Numbered from the stretch's first letter, positions 51,075 to 61,810 are shown. The stretch: DNA of 64,000 nucleotides from Thermovirgaceae bacterium (GCA_040767805.1 JAXGNU010000008.1:1-64000); one strand, 5' to 3'. Notes: generated by a model not told the origin, from the letters alone. A program made the numbers and translations.

Positions 51075-52436
51075 ATGGCAAAGGTAGACAGAAGAGTGGA
51101 ACCTGGACAGGTTTTCCAAGAGATCAGCAAGTGGCTTTTAAGGGACGGCTTCGATATCGTCGTCGACATGGAGAAGTCGAAGGGCTCCCACATGATCAAC
51201 AAGGTCAACGGCGAGGATTGGCTGGACTTTTACACCTTCTTCGCCTCCGCCCCCTTCGGAATGAACCACCCCAAACTCGACAACCCGGAATTCAAGGAGA
51301 TCATCTTCAGGGCGGCCATCAACAAAGTGGCCAGTTCCGACATCTACACCGACCAGATGGCCCAGTTCGTCAAGACCTTCGGGGATGTGGCCGTACCCAG
51401 AAGGGTTTCAACCACGTTTTCTTCATCGACTACGGGACCCTCGCGGTGGAGAACACCTTCAAGGTCGCCATGGACTGGAAGGTCCAGAAGCTGCTCCAGC
51501 AGGGCAAGTGCTGCCGGGGGGACGCCGTCAAGGGGGAGACGGGGGACCAAGGTCATCCACTTCAACGACGCCTTTCACGGCCGCAGCGGCTACACCCTCA
51601 CCGTGACCAACACCCAGGACCCCAACAAGTACAAGCATTTCGCCCAGTTCGACTGGCCCAGGGTGCTGAACCCCAAGATCTACTGGCCCCTCGAGGATAA
51701 CCTCGGCGTGGTGACCTGGCTCGGGGTGGCCATCAAGCAGATCAAGGAGGCCATCTGGGACAACCCCGACGACATCTGCGCCATTATCATCGAGACCATT
51801 CAGGGAGAGGGCGGGGACAACCACTTCCGTACGGAGTTCTTCCAGCAGCTCAGGGAGATCTGCGACGAAGAGGATATCCTCCTCATTTTCGACGAAGTCC
51901 AGTGCGGCATGGGGATCACCGGAAAGATGTGGGCCTTCGAGCATCACGCCCGGTGAAGCCCGACATGTTCGCCTTTGGTAAGAAAGCCCAGATATGCGGC
52001 CTCGTGGCAAGCGAGGCTGGACGAGGTGGAGAACAACTGCTTCAAGATCTCAAGCCGCATCAACTCCACCTGGGGCGGGACGGTGGTCGACATGGTCAGG
52101 GCCACCCGGTACCTCGAGATCTACGAGGAGGATAACATCCTCGATTATGTCGCGAACACGGCGGGCCCGGCCCTTTTGAACGGACTGAAGAAGTTGCAGG
52201 AGGAGTTCCCCCGGCTGATCTCCAACGCCAGGGGCAAGGGCCTGATGTGCGCCTACGATTTCGAGACCAGCGCTATGCAGGACAAGGCCCTGAAACTCTT
52301 CTGGGCCAAGAAGATGCTGGTCCTCCCCTGCGGCGATGTCTCCATCCGGTTCCGCCCGGCCCTCAATGTCCCCGTGGCGGACCTCGAGGCCGGCCTCGCG
52401 ATAGCCAGGGAAGTCTTCAGGGAGTGCTCCAAATAA
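51075..52436 (+). pseudogene. lat: L-lysine 6-transaminase-like class III aminotransferase with several apparent frameshifts
   Basis: GMNHP, LAVENTFK.AMDWK, AFHGRSGYTL, IQGEGGDNHF, DEVQCG, FGKKAQ, SRINSTWGG, IRFRP, recovered across frames. Confidence 0.82.
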
Positions 52437-52475
52437 CGGCCCCGTCACGCCGGTGCCGGATTCAACTTGACTTTG

Positions 52476-52506
52476 AGGCCGGAGGGGTGTCCCTCCGGCC
52501 TTTTTC
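52476..52506 (+). terminator. Intrinsic terminator after lat
   Basis: AGGCCGGAGGG-gtgt-CCCTCCGGCCT followed by TTTT. Confidence 0.8.
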
Positions 52507-52560
52507 GTGAAAATAGGGCTCTCATGTGGTAACTTTATCCTGAAAGCGGGAGTGGTGGTG

Positions 52561-53753
52561 ATGTTGGATCTCCTTGCAGAGATGAACTGGACCCTGATCC
52601 TTATCCTGGTGGCGGTGAGCGCCATTTGTGGCCTACATGGGCGATCTCGTGGGGATGAGGGTGGGCAAAAAGAGGGTCAGCATTTTCAGCCTCAGGCCCA
52701 AGTCCACCTCCTCGATCATCACCATCTTTTCCCGGGGTTCTCATCACGATACTCACCCTCGCCGTCCTGACCACCACTTCCCAGACCGTGAGGACGGCCA
52801 TCTTCAGCATGAAGTTTGTCCAGCGCCAGATCACCGACCTTACCTCCCAACTCCAGGGGAGCAGGGGGGAACTCGAGGACCTCGAGACCAGGCTGATGGA
52901 GAACCAGGAGGACCTCATGAGCAAGCAGCTCCAACTGGCCGCCGTCGAAGGAAGGCTCAACGAGAGCGAGAACCGTCTCAAGGAGATAGGCGAGGAACTC
53001 GGTACGACCAGGAAAGAGCAGGAGAAGGCCCTGGCGAGCCTGGCCTCGCTTCAGCAGGAGAGGGATCGGCTCGACCTCGAGGTGAATGCTCTCAGGGCCG
53101 AATCGGAGAGGCTCAGGGAGGGTCTTGAGTACGTCCGGGAAGGGCGTATCATTATCTTCGCCGGGGAGATGATCGCCCAGACCGTCGTCGTGACACGACC
53201 CGGGGAGCCCCGCCCTTCACCGGAAGAGGTCGAGGAAACACTCATGAAGTCGGCCAGGGCCAACATCGCCATGCGCTCCGGGACGGACCCGGAGCAGGTG
53301 GAGATCACCCTGGACCCTCACTCCGAGGAAATGATAGGGGAGTGCTGCTCAGGAACCCCGGGGAGGATGATCCTCAGGCTCATCGTGTCGGAGAATACCG
53401 TCCAGGGGGAACCGGTGAAGGGTTCCATCACGCTGCACGAGAGCAGGAAGATCTACGACAAGGGGTACACCCTGGCCGAGGTGGGCGACATCCCGGCCGG
53501 GCTCGGGCAGGAGGAGGCGGAGATGCGCCTCTTCGCCATCCTCAGGGGGGTCAATTCGAAGGCCCAGAGGGACGGGGTGCTCCCCGACCCCCTGAAGGGG
53601 ACCGTGGGAAACCTCAGCGCCTCCAAGTTCTTCGAAGCCGTGGACCTGCTGACCTTGAGGGAAAAAACGTCCAGGGTCATTGTCAAGGCGGAGGATGACA
53701 TTTATACTGAAGGGCCTGTCCGCGTGGAAATACTGGTCATCGATGAGGAATGA
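52561..53753 (+). CDS. DUF3084-like membrane-anchored coiled-coil protein (N-terminal frameshifts)
   Basis: AYMGDLVGMRVGKKRVSIFSLRPK.T signature, TM segments, long heptad region, C-terminal DIYTEGP; shifts near 52626 and 52730. Confidence 0.75.
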
Positions 53754-53788
53754 CACGTTGTTTTTCGTGGGATGAAGGAGATGGGTAA

Positions 53789-54016
53789 ATGCTTATCGTC
53801 GCCTGCCAAGTCTGCGGGGAAATGAGGATACTGCCCGGGACGCCCGACGCCGACGGCGTGGCGAGGACCGTCTGGACGTGCCCCTGTTGCGGAGCGGGCC
53901 AGGTCCTCCAGCTGCCGGTCAGCACCGATGCCAGCGGCGGGGAGCTCCGGCGCATCGTCGCCGGCATGGGCTTTTCACCCGACGCCGCTATAAAAGAGGA
54001 GAAAAACGGACCTTGA
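53789..54016 (+). CDS. Small hypothetical zinc-ribbon protein
   Basis: RBS AAGGAG, CQVC..CPCC. Confidence 0.7.
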   Translation: MLIVACQVCGEMRILPGTPDADGVARTVWTCPCCGAGQVLQLPVSTDASGGELRRIVAGMGFSPDAAIKEEKNGP

Positions 54017-54441
54017 AGGACGTCGAGGAACGTTACCTTTTCTACGACAGCAAGATGGCCGTCACTCCCTACGACCTCCAGGAACTTTACCGGTTCACCC
54101 GGTGGGGCAGGAGCCGTTCCATCGATCAGATAGAGAAGATGCTGCAGGGGACCACCATGTGCTTTTCGGTCAGGTACGCGACCAAAATGGTGGCCTTCTG
54201 CCGCGTCCTGACGGATTTCGTTTTCAGGGCTTCCCTCTGGGACATAATGGTCCACCCCGACCACCAGGGGAAGGGGCTTGGGTCGTCGTTGCTGAATTAC
54301 GCCCTCGATCACCCCAAGATGAGGGATATCCCCCTGGTCATCACCTATACGAGCGAACTCGCTCCCTTCCTGGCCAGGCTTGGTTTCAGGCATGAGGAAG
54401 GTGCGATGATGCTCCTCCGGAAGCCTATCGAGTATTCCTGA
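54013..54441 (+). CDS. GNAT family N-acetyltransferase
   Basis: [33 protein letters not shown] start overlaps the upstream stop. Confidence 0.87.
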   Translation: MKDVEERYLFYDSKMAVTPYDLQELYRFTRWGRSRSIDQIEKMLQGTTMCFSVRYATKMVAFCRVLTDFVFRASLWDIMVHPDHQGKGLGSSLLNYALDHPKMRDIPLVITYTSELAPFLARLGFRHEEGAMMLLRKPIEYS

Positions 54442-54524
54442 GCGGTCCCACTGCCATTAAGCCGTGCCCCGGCTCCCTTGAGCCAGGCGGGGCACGGCCA
54501 TTAAGAAGGGGAGGTGGAAAGGAA

Positions 54525-55730
54525 TTGGAGAGAAGGTATCTTGTTTCATCCGAATCGGTCACGGAAGGGCACCCCGACAAAGTGGCCGACCAGATCTCCG
54601 ACGGGGTTCTGGACGCGATACTCGCCGATGACCCCATGGGCCGCGTGGCCTGCGAGATATTGATCACCACGGGGCTCGTGATGGTAGCCGGCGAGATCAC
54701 CACCAAATGTTATGTCGATATTCCGCGCCTGGCGAGGAGTATCGTGAAGGACATAGGTTATACCAGGGCAAAATACGGTTTCGACGGTGACACCTGTGCC
54801 GTGGTCACCGCCATCGACGAACAGTCCTCCGACATAAGTCGGGGGGTGGATTGTTCCCTGGAGGTCAGGGAGGACGACATGTCCGACGAGGAGATCAACG
54901 GCGTGGGTGCCGGCGACCAGGGTATGATGATAGGTTTCGCCTGCGACGAGACCGAGGAATTCCTCCCGCTCCCCATCGCCCTGGCCCACCGGCTGGCGAG
55001 AAGGCTGAGTGAAGCCCGCAAGGACAGGACCCTGCCTTACCTGCGGCCCGACGGCAAGACCCAGGTCACCATAGAATACGAGAACGGGAAGGCCCTGAGG
55101 GTCGACACGGTGGTCGTCTCGGCCCAGCATCACCCCGCGGTGGGACCGGAGCAGATCCGGCAGGACATCACCCGGGAGGTGATAGAGCCGGTATTGCCCG
55201 GCCACCTGACGGAGACCCCCCCCAGGATCCTGGTGAACCCCACGGGCCGCTTCGTCATAGGGGGGCCCATGGCCGACACGGGTATGACGGGGCGTAAGAT
55301 CATCATCGACACCTACGGCGGCGTAGTCCCCCACGGTGGAGGGGCTTTCTCCGGCAAGGACCCTACCAAGGTGGACCGCTCGGCGGCCTACATGAGCCGC
55401 TACGCGGCCAAGAACATCGTCGCCGCCGGGCTCGCCCGGGAATGCAAGATCCAGGTCGCCTACGCCATAGGCGTGGCCAGGCCCGTCTCCCTGATGGTCG
55501 ATACCGGCGGCACGGGTTTAGTTTCCGACGGGCTCCTCACGGATCTGGTCAAGACTCACTTTGATTTTCGGCCCGCGGCCATCATAAGGGACCTGGACCT
55601 TAGAAGACCCCAGTACAGGCGCCTCGCCGCCTACGGGCACATGGGGAGGATCGACCTCGACCCGATACCCGCCTGGGAACGGATAGACAGGGTCGAAACC
55701 CTGAAAAGGGCCGCCGAAAAGAGCTGCTGA
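54525..55730 (+). CDS. metK: S-adenosylmethionine synthetase
   Basis: [26 protein letters not shown]. Confidence 0.97.
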   Translation: MERRYLVSSESVTEGHPDKVADQISDGVLDAILADDPMGRVACEILITTGLVMVAGEITTKCYVDIPRLARSIVKDIGYTRAKYGFDGDTCAVVTAIDEQSSDISRGVDCSLEVREDDMSDEEINGVGAGDQGMMIGFACDETEEFLPLPIALAHRLARRLSEARKDRTLPYLRPDGKTQVTIEYENGKALRVDTVVVSAQHHPAVGPEQIRQDITREVIEPVLPGHLTETPPRILVNPTGRFVIGGPMADTGMTGRKIIIDTYGGVVPHGGGAFSGKDPTKVDRSAAYMSRYAAKNIVAAGLARECKIQVAYAIGVARPVSLMVDTGGTGLVSDGLLTDLVKTHFDFRPAAIIRDLDLRRPQYRRLAAYGHMGRIDLDPIPAWERIDRVETLKRAAEKSC

Positions 55731-55764
55731 AGCCCTCTGCAGCGATGCGCCCCCGGAGAGCGGC

Positions 55765-56462
55765 ATGTTGACGCGCTTTGACTGGGAAAGGGCTGCGGGG
55801 CTCGTGCTCCATTTCCTGTGGCCGCTGTCGTGCCCGGTGTGCGGAAGGCTGGGCTCTCCGCTGTGCCGGGAGTGCCTCCTGGGTCTCGTCGGCGCCGAAC
55901 CGGGAGGTCTCCTGCTCCGAGTGCCTGGGCCCTATCCCTGCCCGAATCACCCCGGCGCCTTCCCGGTGAGAAGCCTGACCTCCTTCGGGGGGCTTCCCGG
56001 GGAGCTGGTCCACCGGCTGAAGTACGGTTCCCTGAAGTGCCTGGGCAAGCCCCTCGGTGATTTAATGGGGCGGAGGTTCCAACCCCGGGGAGGGTCATCC
56101 TGGTGCCGGTCCCCCTCCACCGGGGAAGCGGTAGGGCCTTCAACCAGTCCCTGGAGATCGCCCGGGGGATATCCAGGGAATGGGGCTGCGCCGTAGCTGA
56201 AAAACTGGCCTGGAAGGCCAGGCGGCCCTCCCAGGTGGGACTCGCCGGGGCTCCGAAAAAACTCCCCCAGGGCTCGATCGCCTGGAAGGGGGCGATCGAC
56301 AAGGGGTTGCCCGTGGTCCTTGTCGACGACGTTTGTACCACCGGGGCGACGCTGAGGGTGGCCGCGGGGGCGGTCAGGGCCGCCGGGGGCAGGGTCGCGG
56401 GGGCCCTTGTCTGGGCCCTTGCCGGGGCCCCCTGTACAGGAGCCGGCGGGGGGCTTCATTGA
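55765..56462 (+). CDS. comF: ComF-family phosphoribosyltransferase-like protein (frameshift near 56085)
   Basis: CPVC..CREC, HRLKY, VPVPLH..FNQS, VLVDDVCTTGATL. Confidence 0.8.
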
Positions 56463-56677
56463 TCGGGGAAGTGATAATCGAGGACCTCTATGGAGTGCTC
56501 CAGCGCCAGTTGCCGTATCATGGGCGCCTCGTCCGCCTTGAAGCGGCAGGCCAGGCCGCAACTGCCGAGGATACCCTTGGGGACCGGCACGACCCTGCAG
56601 GCAAAACCCATGTTCCGGCACATCTTGTCGAAAAGGATCGCCATTTGGGCGTCTTCGAACGTGGCAATGCAGTCCAT
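56456..56677 (-). CDS. DUF3343-like small protein
   Basis: IATF..A..VVPVPKGILGSCGLA. Confidence 0.75.
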   Translation of the reverse strand: MDCIATFEDAQMAILFDKMCRNMGFACRVVPVPKGILGSCGLACRFKADEAPMIRQLALEHSIEVLDYHFPDQ

Positions 56678-56795
56678 CGCGCAGCCTCCGTTCCATCGTA
56701 GTCGCGCGGTCGCGACTAGGTAATTATAACTGGACGTTCCGGGTTTGTGAGGATAGAATATTGACCTATCGAGTGAATTTAAAGGAGGTTCTTAA

Positions 56796-57233
56796 ATGTC
56801 TCGCTCGCGGAAGATCCTTTCGGTTGTGGCAATAAGTGTCCTGGTTCTGGCAGCAATTTCAGGCATCGCCTCCGCCCAGGAGAAGATCGGGGTCATCGAC
56901 CCCCAGAAGGTGCTTTTCCAGCACCCGAAGTTCGAGCAGGCCCAGAAGCAGATCAAGACCATTGTTGAGAAGAAGCAGGCCGAGGCCAAGGATGCCATCG
57001 ACAAGACAAGCGACAACAACGAAAAGCAGAGGATCTTCGAAGCCAAGCGGCAGGAAGCGGCCAAGGAAGAGCAGAGGATCATGGAACCCCTGTTCAAGGA
57101 TATCGACCTCGCTATCAGGACCGTTGCCAAGGCAAAGGGTGTGACCATAGTCCTCGACAAGACGCAGGTATTTTTCGGGGGAGCGGATATCACCGAGGAT
57201 GTCATCCAGGAGGTCAAGAAGAAAAACGCCTAG
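56796..57233 (+). CDS. skp: OmpH/Skp periplasmic chaperone
   Basis: Signal peptide (ASA), KIGVID, VAKAKG..VLD..FGGADIT; AAGGAGG RBS. Confidence 0.88.
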   Translation: MSRSRKILSVVAISVLVLAAISGIASAQEKIGVIDPQKVLFQHPKFEQAQKQIKTIVEKKQAEAKDAIDKTSDNNEKQRIFEAKRQEAAKEEQRIMEPLFKDIDLAIRTVAKAKGVTIVLDKTQVFFGGADITEDVIQEVKKKNA

Positions 57234-57251
57234 GGTCGCCGCCCCGTAAAG

Positions 57252-57290
57252 AAAAGGTCCGGGCCCTCGGGGCCCGGACCTTTATTTTTT
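57252..57290. terminator. Bidirectional terminator between skp and livF
   Basis: AAAAGGTCCGGGCCC-tcg-GGGCCCGGACCTTT. Confidence 0.8.
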
Positions 57291-58010
57291 GGCCGTGCCC
57301 AGGTAAGCGGCCTCCACGTCGGGGTTTTTGAGCAGGTCCGCGGCGGGGCCTTCAATGAGCATCCTCCCCGTCTGCATGACATAACCCCTGTGGGAGAGCA
57401 GCAGGGCCTGGCGGGCGTTCTGCTCCACCAGCAGGATGGTCACGCCCTCGTCGTTTATCCTCCTCAGCTCCTTGAAAATGTCCCTGATGATGATGGGCGC
57501 CAAGCCCAGGGACGGTTCGTCCAGCAGGAGCAGCCTCGGGCTCGACATGAGCGCCCTCCCGATGGAGAGCATCTGCTGCTCCCCCCCCGAAAGGGTCCCG
57601 GCGTGCTGGTCCTTTCTCTCCTTCAGCCTGGGGAAGAGCGTGAAGACCCAATCCAGGTCCTCTCCGATCTTGCCCCTGTCCTTGATGGGGAAGGCCCCCA
57701 TCATGAGGTTTTCATGGACGGTCAGGGGGGCGAAGACCTTTCTCCCCTCGGGGGCGAGGGAGACGCCCTGGGCCACCGCCTGGTAACTCCGGCCCGCCAG
57801 GGGCTTCCCGTCGAGCAGGAGGGTGCCCTCCTCCCTTCTGACGTTGCCGATAATGGCGTTCATGAGGGTCGACTTGCCGGCCCCGTTGGCCCCGATGACG
57901 CAGACTATCTCGCCGTCGTAGACGTCCAGGTCGATACCCCGGATGGCGCGGATCGCCCCGTAGCTGACGTGAAGGTTCCGGATGCTCAGGAGAGGTCCTT
58001 TAGTCAACAT
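57282..58010 (-). CDS. livF: Branched-chain amino acid ABC ATPase LivF
   Basis: GANGAGKST, LSGGEQQML, DEPSLGL. Confidence 0.92.
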   Translation of the reverse strand: MLTKGPLLSIRNLHVSYGAIRAIRGIDLDVYDGEIVCVIGANGAGKSTLMNAIIGNVRREEGTLLLDGKPLAGRSYQAVAQGVSLAPEGRKVFAPLTVHENLMMGAFPIKDRGKIGEDLDWVFTLFPRLKERKDQHAGTLSGGEQQMLSIGRALMSSPRLLLLDEPSLGLAPIIIRDIFKELRRINDEGVTILLVEQNARQALLLSHRGYVMQTGRMLIEGPAADLLKNPDVEAAYLGTAKK

Positions 58011-58783
58011 TCCTCGACCTCCTCCCCGAGATAGGCCTTCAGGATCTCGTGGTGCTTCTGTATGTAGTCCGGGTCGCCCTCGGCGATCTTCTCCCCGAAG
58101 TTCATGCAGGCGATACGGGGGCAGATCTCCATGATTACTTCCATGTGGTGTTCTATCACCAGCGTCGTCAGGTCGAAATCCTCGTGGATGTTCCTGATGA
58201 GGCCGTTAAGGTCCTGGACTTCCTCGGGGTTCATCCCCGCGGCGGGTTCGTCCAGGAGGAGGAGTTCGGGCTGCAGGGCCAGCGCCCTGGCGATCTCCAG
58301 GCGCCTCTGGTGGCCGTAGGGGAGGGTCCCGGCGGCCTGTTCAGCGACGGGAAGGAGCCCAACCCTGTCGAGGAGTTCCAGGCTCGTCTCCCTGATCTTT
58401 TTCTCGTTGCCGGCCCATCGGCCGGTGTGGGTGACCGCCTCGAAAAAGTTGTACCTGAAGTGCTGCTGGCGGGCGGTCATGACATTCTCCAGCGCCGTGG
58501 AGCGCGGGAAAAGGCGGAGGTTCTGGAAGGTCCTCGCCACACCGCCTGAGATGACCTCGTAGGTCTTCCTGGCGGAGATCTCCTCGCCCTTGAACTTGAT
58601 GCTCCCCGAATCGGGGGAATAGACGCCGGTGATGAGGTTGAAAACCGTTGTCTTCCCGGCCCCGTTGGGCCCGATCAGCCCGGCCAGCTCACCCCGCTCC
58701 ATCTGGAAGGTGAAATCCTTGACGGCGTGGACGCCGCCGAAGTGCTTGTTCAGGTTGTCGAGGGAGAGGATCGGATCAGCCAT
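58004..58783 (-). CDS. livG: Branched-chain amino acid ABC ATPase LivG
   Basis: GPNGAGKTT, RTFQNLRLF, LPYG.QRRLEIA. Confidence 0.92.
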   Translation of the reverse strand: MADPILSLDNLNKHFGGVHAVKDFTFQMERGELAGLIGPNGAGKTTVFNLITGVYSPDSGSIKFKGEEISARKTYEVISGGVARTFQNLRLFPRSTALENVMTARQQHFRYNFFEAVTHTGRWAGNEKKIRETSLELLDRVGLLPVAEQAAGTLPYGHQRRLEIARALALQPELLLLDEPAAGMNPEEVQDLNGLIRNIHEDFDLTTLVIEHHMEVIMEICPRIACMNFGEKIAEGDPDYIQKHHEILKAYLGEEVEEC

Positions 58784-59660
58784 GGGCTCCGTTCACCTCG
58801 TTCCTCGGTTTCCTAGAGAAAATGGAACGGATCAGCTTCGGGCCGATTTCGTGCTGCCCCATGATCCCCTCCGGCCTTACGACCATGATCAGGACCATCG
58901 TGGCGCCGTAGATGAGCATCCGGTACTGGGAAATGGGCCTGAACACTTCCGTCACCATGCCGATCACGGCGGTCCCTATGATGGACCCGCTCAGGGAGCC
59001 GAGCCCCCCGAAGACCACCACGGCGGTGAGCTCCGTGGACTTGTTCATATCGAACATGACCGGCTGGAGGTAGGTCAGGAAACCGGCCAGCAGCGCGCCG
59101 GCGATGCCGCAGTAGAAGCCCGATATGGTGAGGCTCAGGACCCTGTAGTGGGCCGTCTTGAAGCCCAGCAGCGAGGCCGCAATGTAGTCGTCCCGGCAGG
59201 CCTTGAAAGCCCTCCCGTAGTTCCCGTTTATCAGGAACCTCATGAGGATGAGCATGCCCAGGAAGAAGGCCGCCGCCACGGGGAGGGTGGTGTAGTTCGT
59301 CACCCCCGGGAACCCCCTGGCCCCCCTGGTGAAGGATTGCCAGTTCTCCAGGATGAGCCTTATCGTCTCGCCGAGCCCGATGGAGGCTATGGCGAAGTAG
59401 TCCCCCATCAGCTTCAGCGTGGGGACTCCTATGAGGTAGGCCAGGGCCATGGCCAGGATCCCGCCGGCTATGACGGCCACGAACCAGGGGACGTCGTGCC
59501 GGACGGAAAGGATAGCCGCCGTGTAGGCCCCGATGGCCATGTAGCCCGCGTGGCCGAGGGTGAATATCCCCGTGAACCCCGTGAGGAGGCTCACGCCCAT
59601 GGCCGCGATGGAGTTCACGCAGATCAGGATGATGATGCCTTCGATATAACCTGAGATCAT
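58776..59660 (-). CDS. livM: Branched-chain amino acid ABC permease LivM
   Basis: LGHAGYMAIGAY, GDYFAI, GGLGS. Confidence 0.9.
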   Translation of the reverse strand: MISGYIEGIIILICVNSIAAMGVSLLTGFTGIFTLGHAGYMAIGAYTAAILSVRHDVPWFVAVIAGGILAMALAYLIGVPTLKLMGDYFAIASIGLGETIRLILENWQSFTRGARGFPGVTNYTTLPVAAAFFLGMLILMRFLINGNYGRAFKACRDDYIAASLLGFKTAHYRVLSLTISGFYCGIAGALLAGFLTYLQPVMFDMNKSTELTAVVVFGGLGSLSGSIIGTAVIGMVTEVFRPISQYRMLIYGATMVLIMVVRPEGIMGQHEIGPKLIRSIFSRKPRNEVNGAHG

Positions 59661-59674
59661 GACGGGCCTCCCCT

Positions 59675-60556
59675 CTAGACCTTCTCGGAGATGTGCTTGC
59701 CGAACAGCCCCGTCGGGCGCCAGAGGAGCGTCAGGACCAGCATGCCGAAGACGACGATGTCCCTCATCTGGCTGGATATGAACCCGGCGGTGAGCATCTC
59801 CGCCAGCCCCAGGATCAGGCTCCCCACGACGGCCCCCGGCAGGCTACCCAGCCCTCCGATCACCGCGGCGACGAAGGCCTTTATCGTTATCAGGCCCAAC
59901 TGGGGGTAAAGGGTGTAACGGACCGAGAGGAATATCCCGCCCACGGCCGCGAGCAGGCCCGCGACGAAGAAGACTATGGAGATCAGTTTGTTCACGTTTA
60001 CTCCCATGAGCCCCGCCGTTTTGAGGTCGTAGGAAGCGGCCCTTATGGCGAGGCCCCATTTCGTGGTGGAGAGGAAGACCTGCAAGCCGGCGAGGAATAT
60101 CATGGCCATGACCAGGGAGAGGATGTCAAAAGCGCTCGTAGTGGCAAGCCCGAAAACGCTCACCGGGGTCATCGGGATTACCGGGGGGAGGGCCCTGAAG
60201 CGGCCGCCCACGGTGACCACGAATATGTTCTCGATCACGATGCTCATTCCCATGGAGGCTATGAGGAGGTAGAGGGTTACGTTGGTCCTTTCCCGGATGG
60301 GCTTGTAGGCCCCCCTCTCGACCAGGACCGCCGAAACCCCCGCGCCGAGGAAGGCCAGGAGGCTCGCGACCCAGATGTTATTGCCCACGGCCGCGAGGGT
60401 GTAGTAGCAGATATAGCCCCCTATGACGAGGAAACCGCCGTGGGCGAAGTTGGAAAAGAGCAGGATGGAGTAGACCAGGGAATAGCCGACGGCAATGAGG
60501 GCGTAAACCGACCCGAGGGAAAAACCGTTAATGATCTGCTGGATAAGCGTTTCCAA
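59675..60556 (-). CDS. livH: Branched-chain amino acid ABC permease LivH
   Basis: GSVYALIAVG, NFAHG, KAFVAAVIGG, RPTGLFG. Confidence 0.9.
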   Translation of the reverse strand: METLIQQIINGFSLGSVYALIAVGYSLVYSILLFSNFAHGGFLVIGGYICYYTLAAVGNNIWVASLLAFLGAGVSAVLVERGAYKPIRERTNVTLYLLIASMGMSIVIENIFVVTVGGRFRALPPVIPMTPVSVFGLATTSAFDILSLVMAMIFLAGLQVFLSTTKWGLAIRAASYDLKTAGLMGVNVNKLISIVFFVAGLLAAVGGIFLSVRYTLYPQLGLITIKAFVAAVIGGLGSLPGAVVGSLILGLAEMLTAGFISSQMRDIVVFGMLVLTLLWRPTGLFGKHISEKV

Positions 60557-60586
60557 ACCCGGTTCACCGTCCTTGTGTCCTGCAAA

Positions 60587-60621
60587 TGCGGGGCGGACGC
60601 GAAGCCTCGCGCCCGCCCCGT
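60587..60621. terminator. Intercistronic stem-loop after the liv binding-protein gene (stabiliser or partial terminator)
   Basis: CGGGGCGG..CCGCCCCG inverted repeat. Confidence 0.5.
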
Positions 60622-60652
60622 TGCGGGTGACTGCGAGAAAAGAGAGGTGACG

Positions 60653-61810
60653 CTATTCAGGCTGGATCTTGGTGAAGAACTGGCCCCTCCCGTCCTTGGC
60701 GATCAGGACGACGCCGGTCTTGTTCATCGGGTTGTGGGTCGCTGGGTCGATGGACATGGTGGCGTGGTGCAGCTTCACGTCCACGGTGTTCTCCAGGGCG
60801 TCCTTGATGGCGGTGCTGTCGACCTTGCCGGCCCTGGTGATGGCGTCAGCGAGCCAGTAGACCGAGTCGTAGGCCAGCACCCCGTTGGTGAACTCCTTGC
60901 ACTCGTCGTTGTAGGCCTTCTGGTAGTCCTTGAAGAAGTCGGCCATGGCGGGGTCCTCGGGGGCGACGTGGTTGATCCAGTAGCTGCCCTCCATGGCGTC
61001 GCCGGCGATCTCCCACATGAACTCGCCGTAGCCGTCGCCGCCGACGAAGATGATGTCCTTCATGCCCAGTTCCCGGGCCTGCTTCATGATCAGGGCCATC
61101 TCCTTGCCCATGTTGGGCAGGACAAGGACTTCGGCCTTGCTGTCACGGATGGTGGTAAGCTGGGCCCTGAAGTCCACGTCGGTGCCGGCTCGGAAGCCCA
61201 GGTCGGCTACGACCTTGCCGCCGTACTGGTCATAGTACTTCATGAAGAACTCGCGGAGGCCCTGGGCGTAGTCGCTGCCGACGTCCCAGAGGACGGCCGC
61301 CGTCATCTTCTTCAGCTCCTGGGCGCTGAAGGCCGCGATCAGCTGGCCCTGGTACGGGTCGGTGAAGCAGATGCGGAACATGTAGGGGTGGAGGACTCCC
61401 TTCTCGTCGACCGTCACGAGCAGGTTCGTCGACACCGTCCCTATCTGGGGGACCTTGTACTTGTCGGCCAACGGTGCGGTGGCGATGTTGATGCCGCTCC
61501 CGTTGGCGCCGATGACCGCAACGACCTTGTCGTTCTCGGCCATCCGCCGGAAGGCGTTCACCGCGTCCTCGGGGCGGGTGCGGAAGTCATAGGGAATGAG
61601 CTGGATCTTTTTGCCCAGGACACCGCCCTTGGCGTTGATCTCTTCCACGGCCAGCTTGGCCGAGTTGACCTCGGTCTGGCCATAAGCGGCCCAGTCGCCC
61701 GTGAGGGCGGCCAGGTGGCCGACCTTGATCACGTCCTCAGCCGCGGCCGCTGCCGCCAAGCCCATAACCGCAAAAGCACCAAGCAAGGCTAGCACAAGAA
61801 ACTTCCTCAA
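60653..61810 (-). CDS. Branched-chain amino acid ABC substrate-binding protein (LivJ/K family)
   Basis: Signal peptide, EINAKGGVLG, FRICFTD..QG, DFRAQL. Confidence 0.9.
   Translation of the reverse strand: MRKFLVLALLGAFAVMGLAAAAAAEDVIKVGHLAALTGDWAAYGQTEVNSAKLAVEEINAKGGVLGKKIQLIPYDFRTRPEDAVNAFRRMAENDKVVAVIGANGSGINIATAPLADKYKVPQIGTVSTNLLVTVDEKGVLHPYMFRICFTDPYQGQLIAAFSAQELKKMTAAVLWDVGSDYAQGLREFFMKYYDQYGGKVVADLGFRAGTDVDFRAQLTTIRDSKAEVLVLPNMGKEMALIMKQARELGMKDIIFVGGDGYGEFMWEIAGDAMEGSYWINHVAPEDPAMADFFKDYQKAYNDECKEFTNGVLAYDSVYWLADAITRAGKVDSTAIKDALENTVDVKLHHATMSIDPATHNPMNKTGVVLIAKDGRGQFFTKIQPE

Noticed and set aside
48547..52436. Programmed ribosomal frameshifting in truA or lat
   Set aside because: Several shifts per gene in both directions and no consistent slippery site with stimulator
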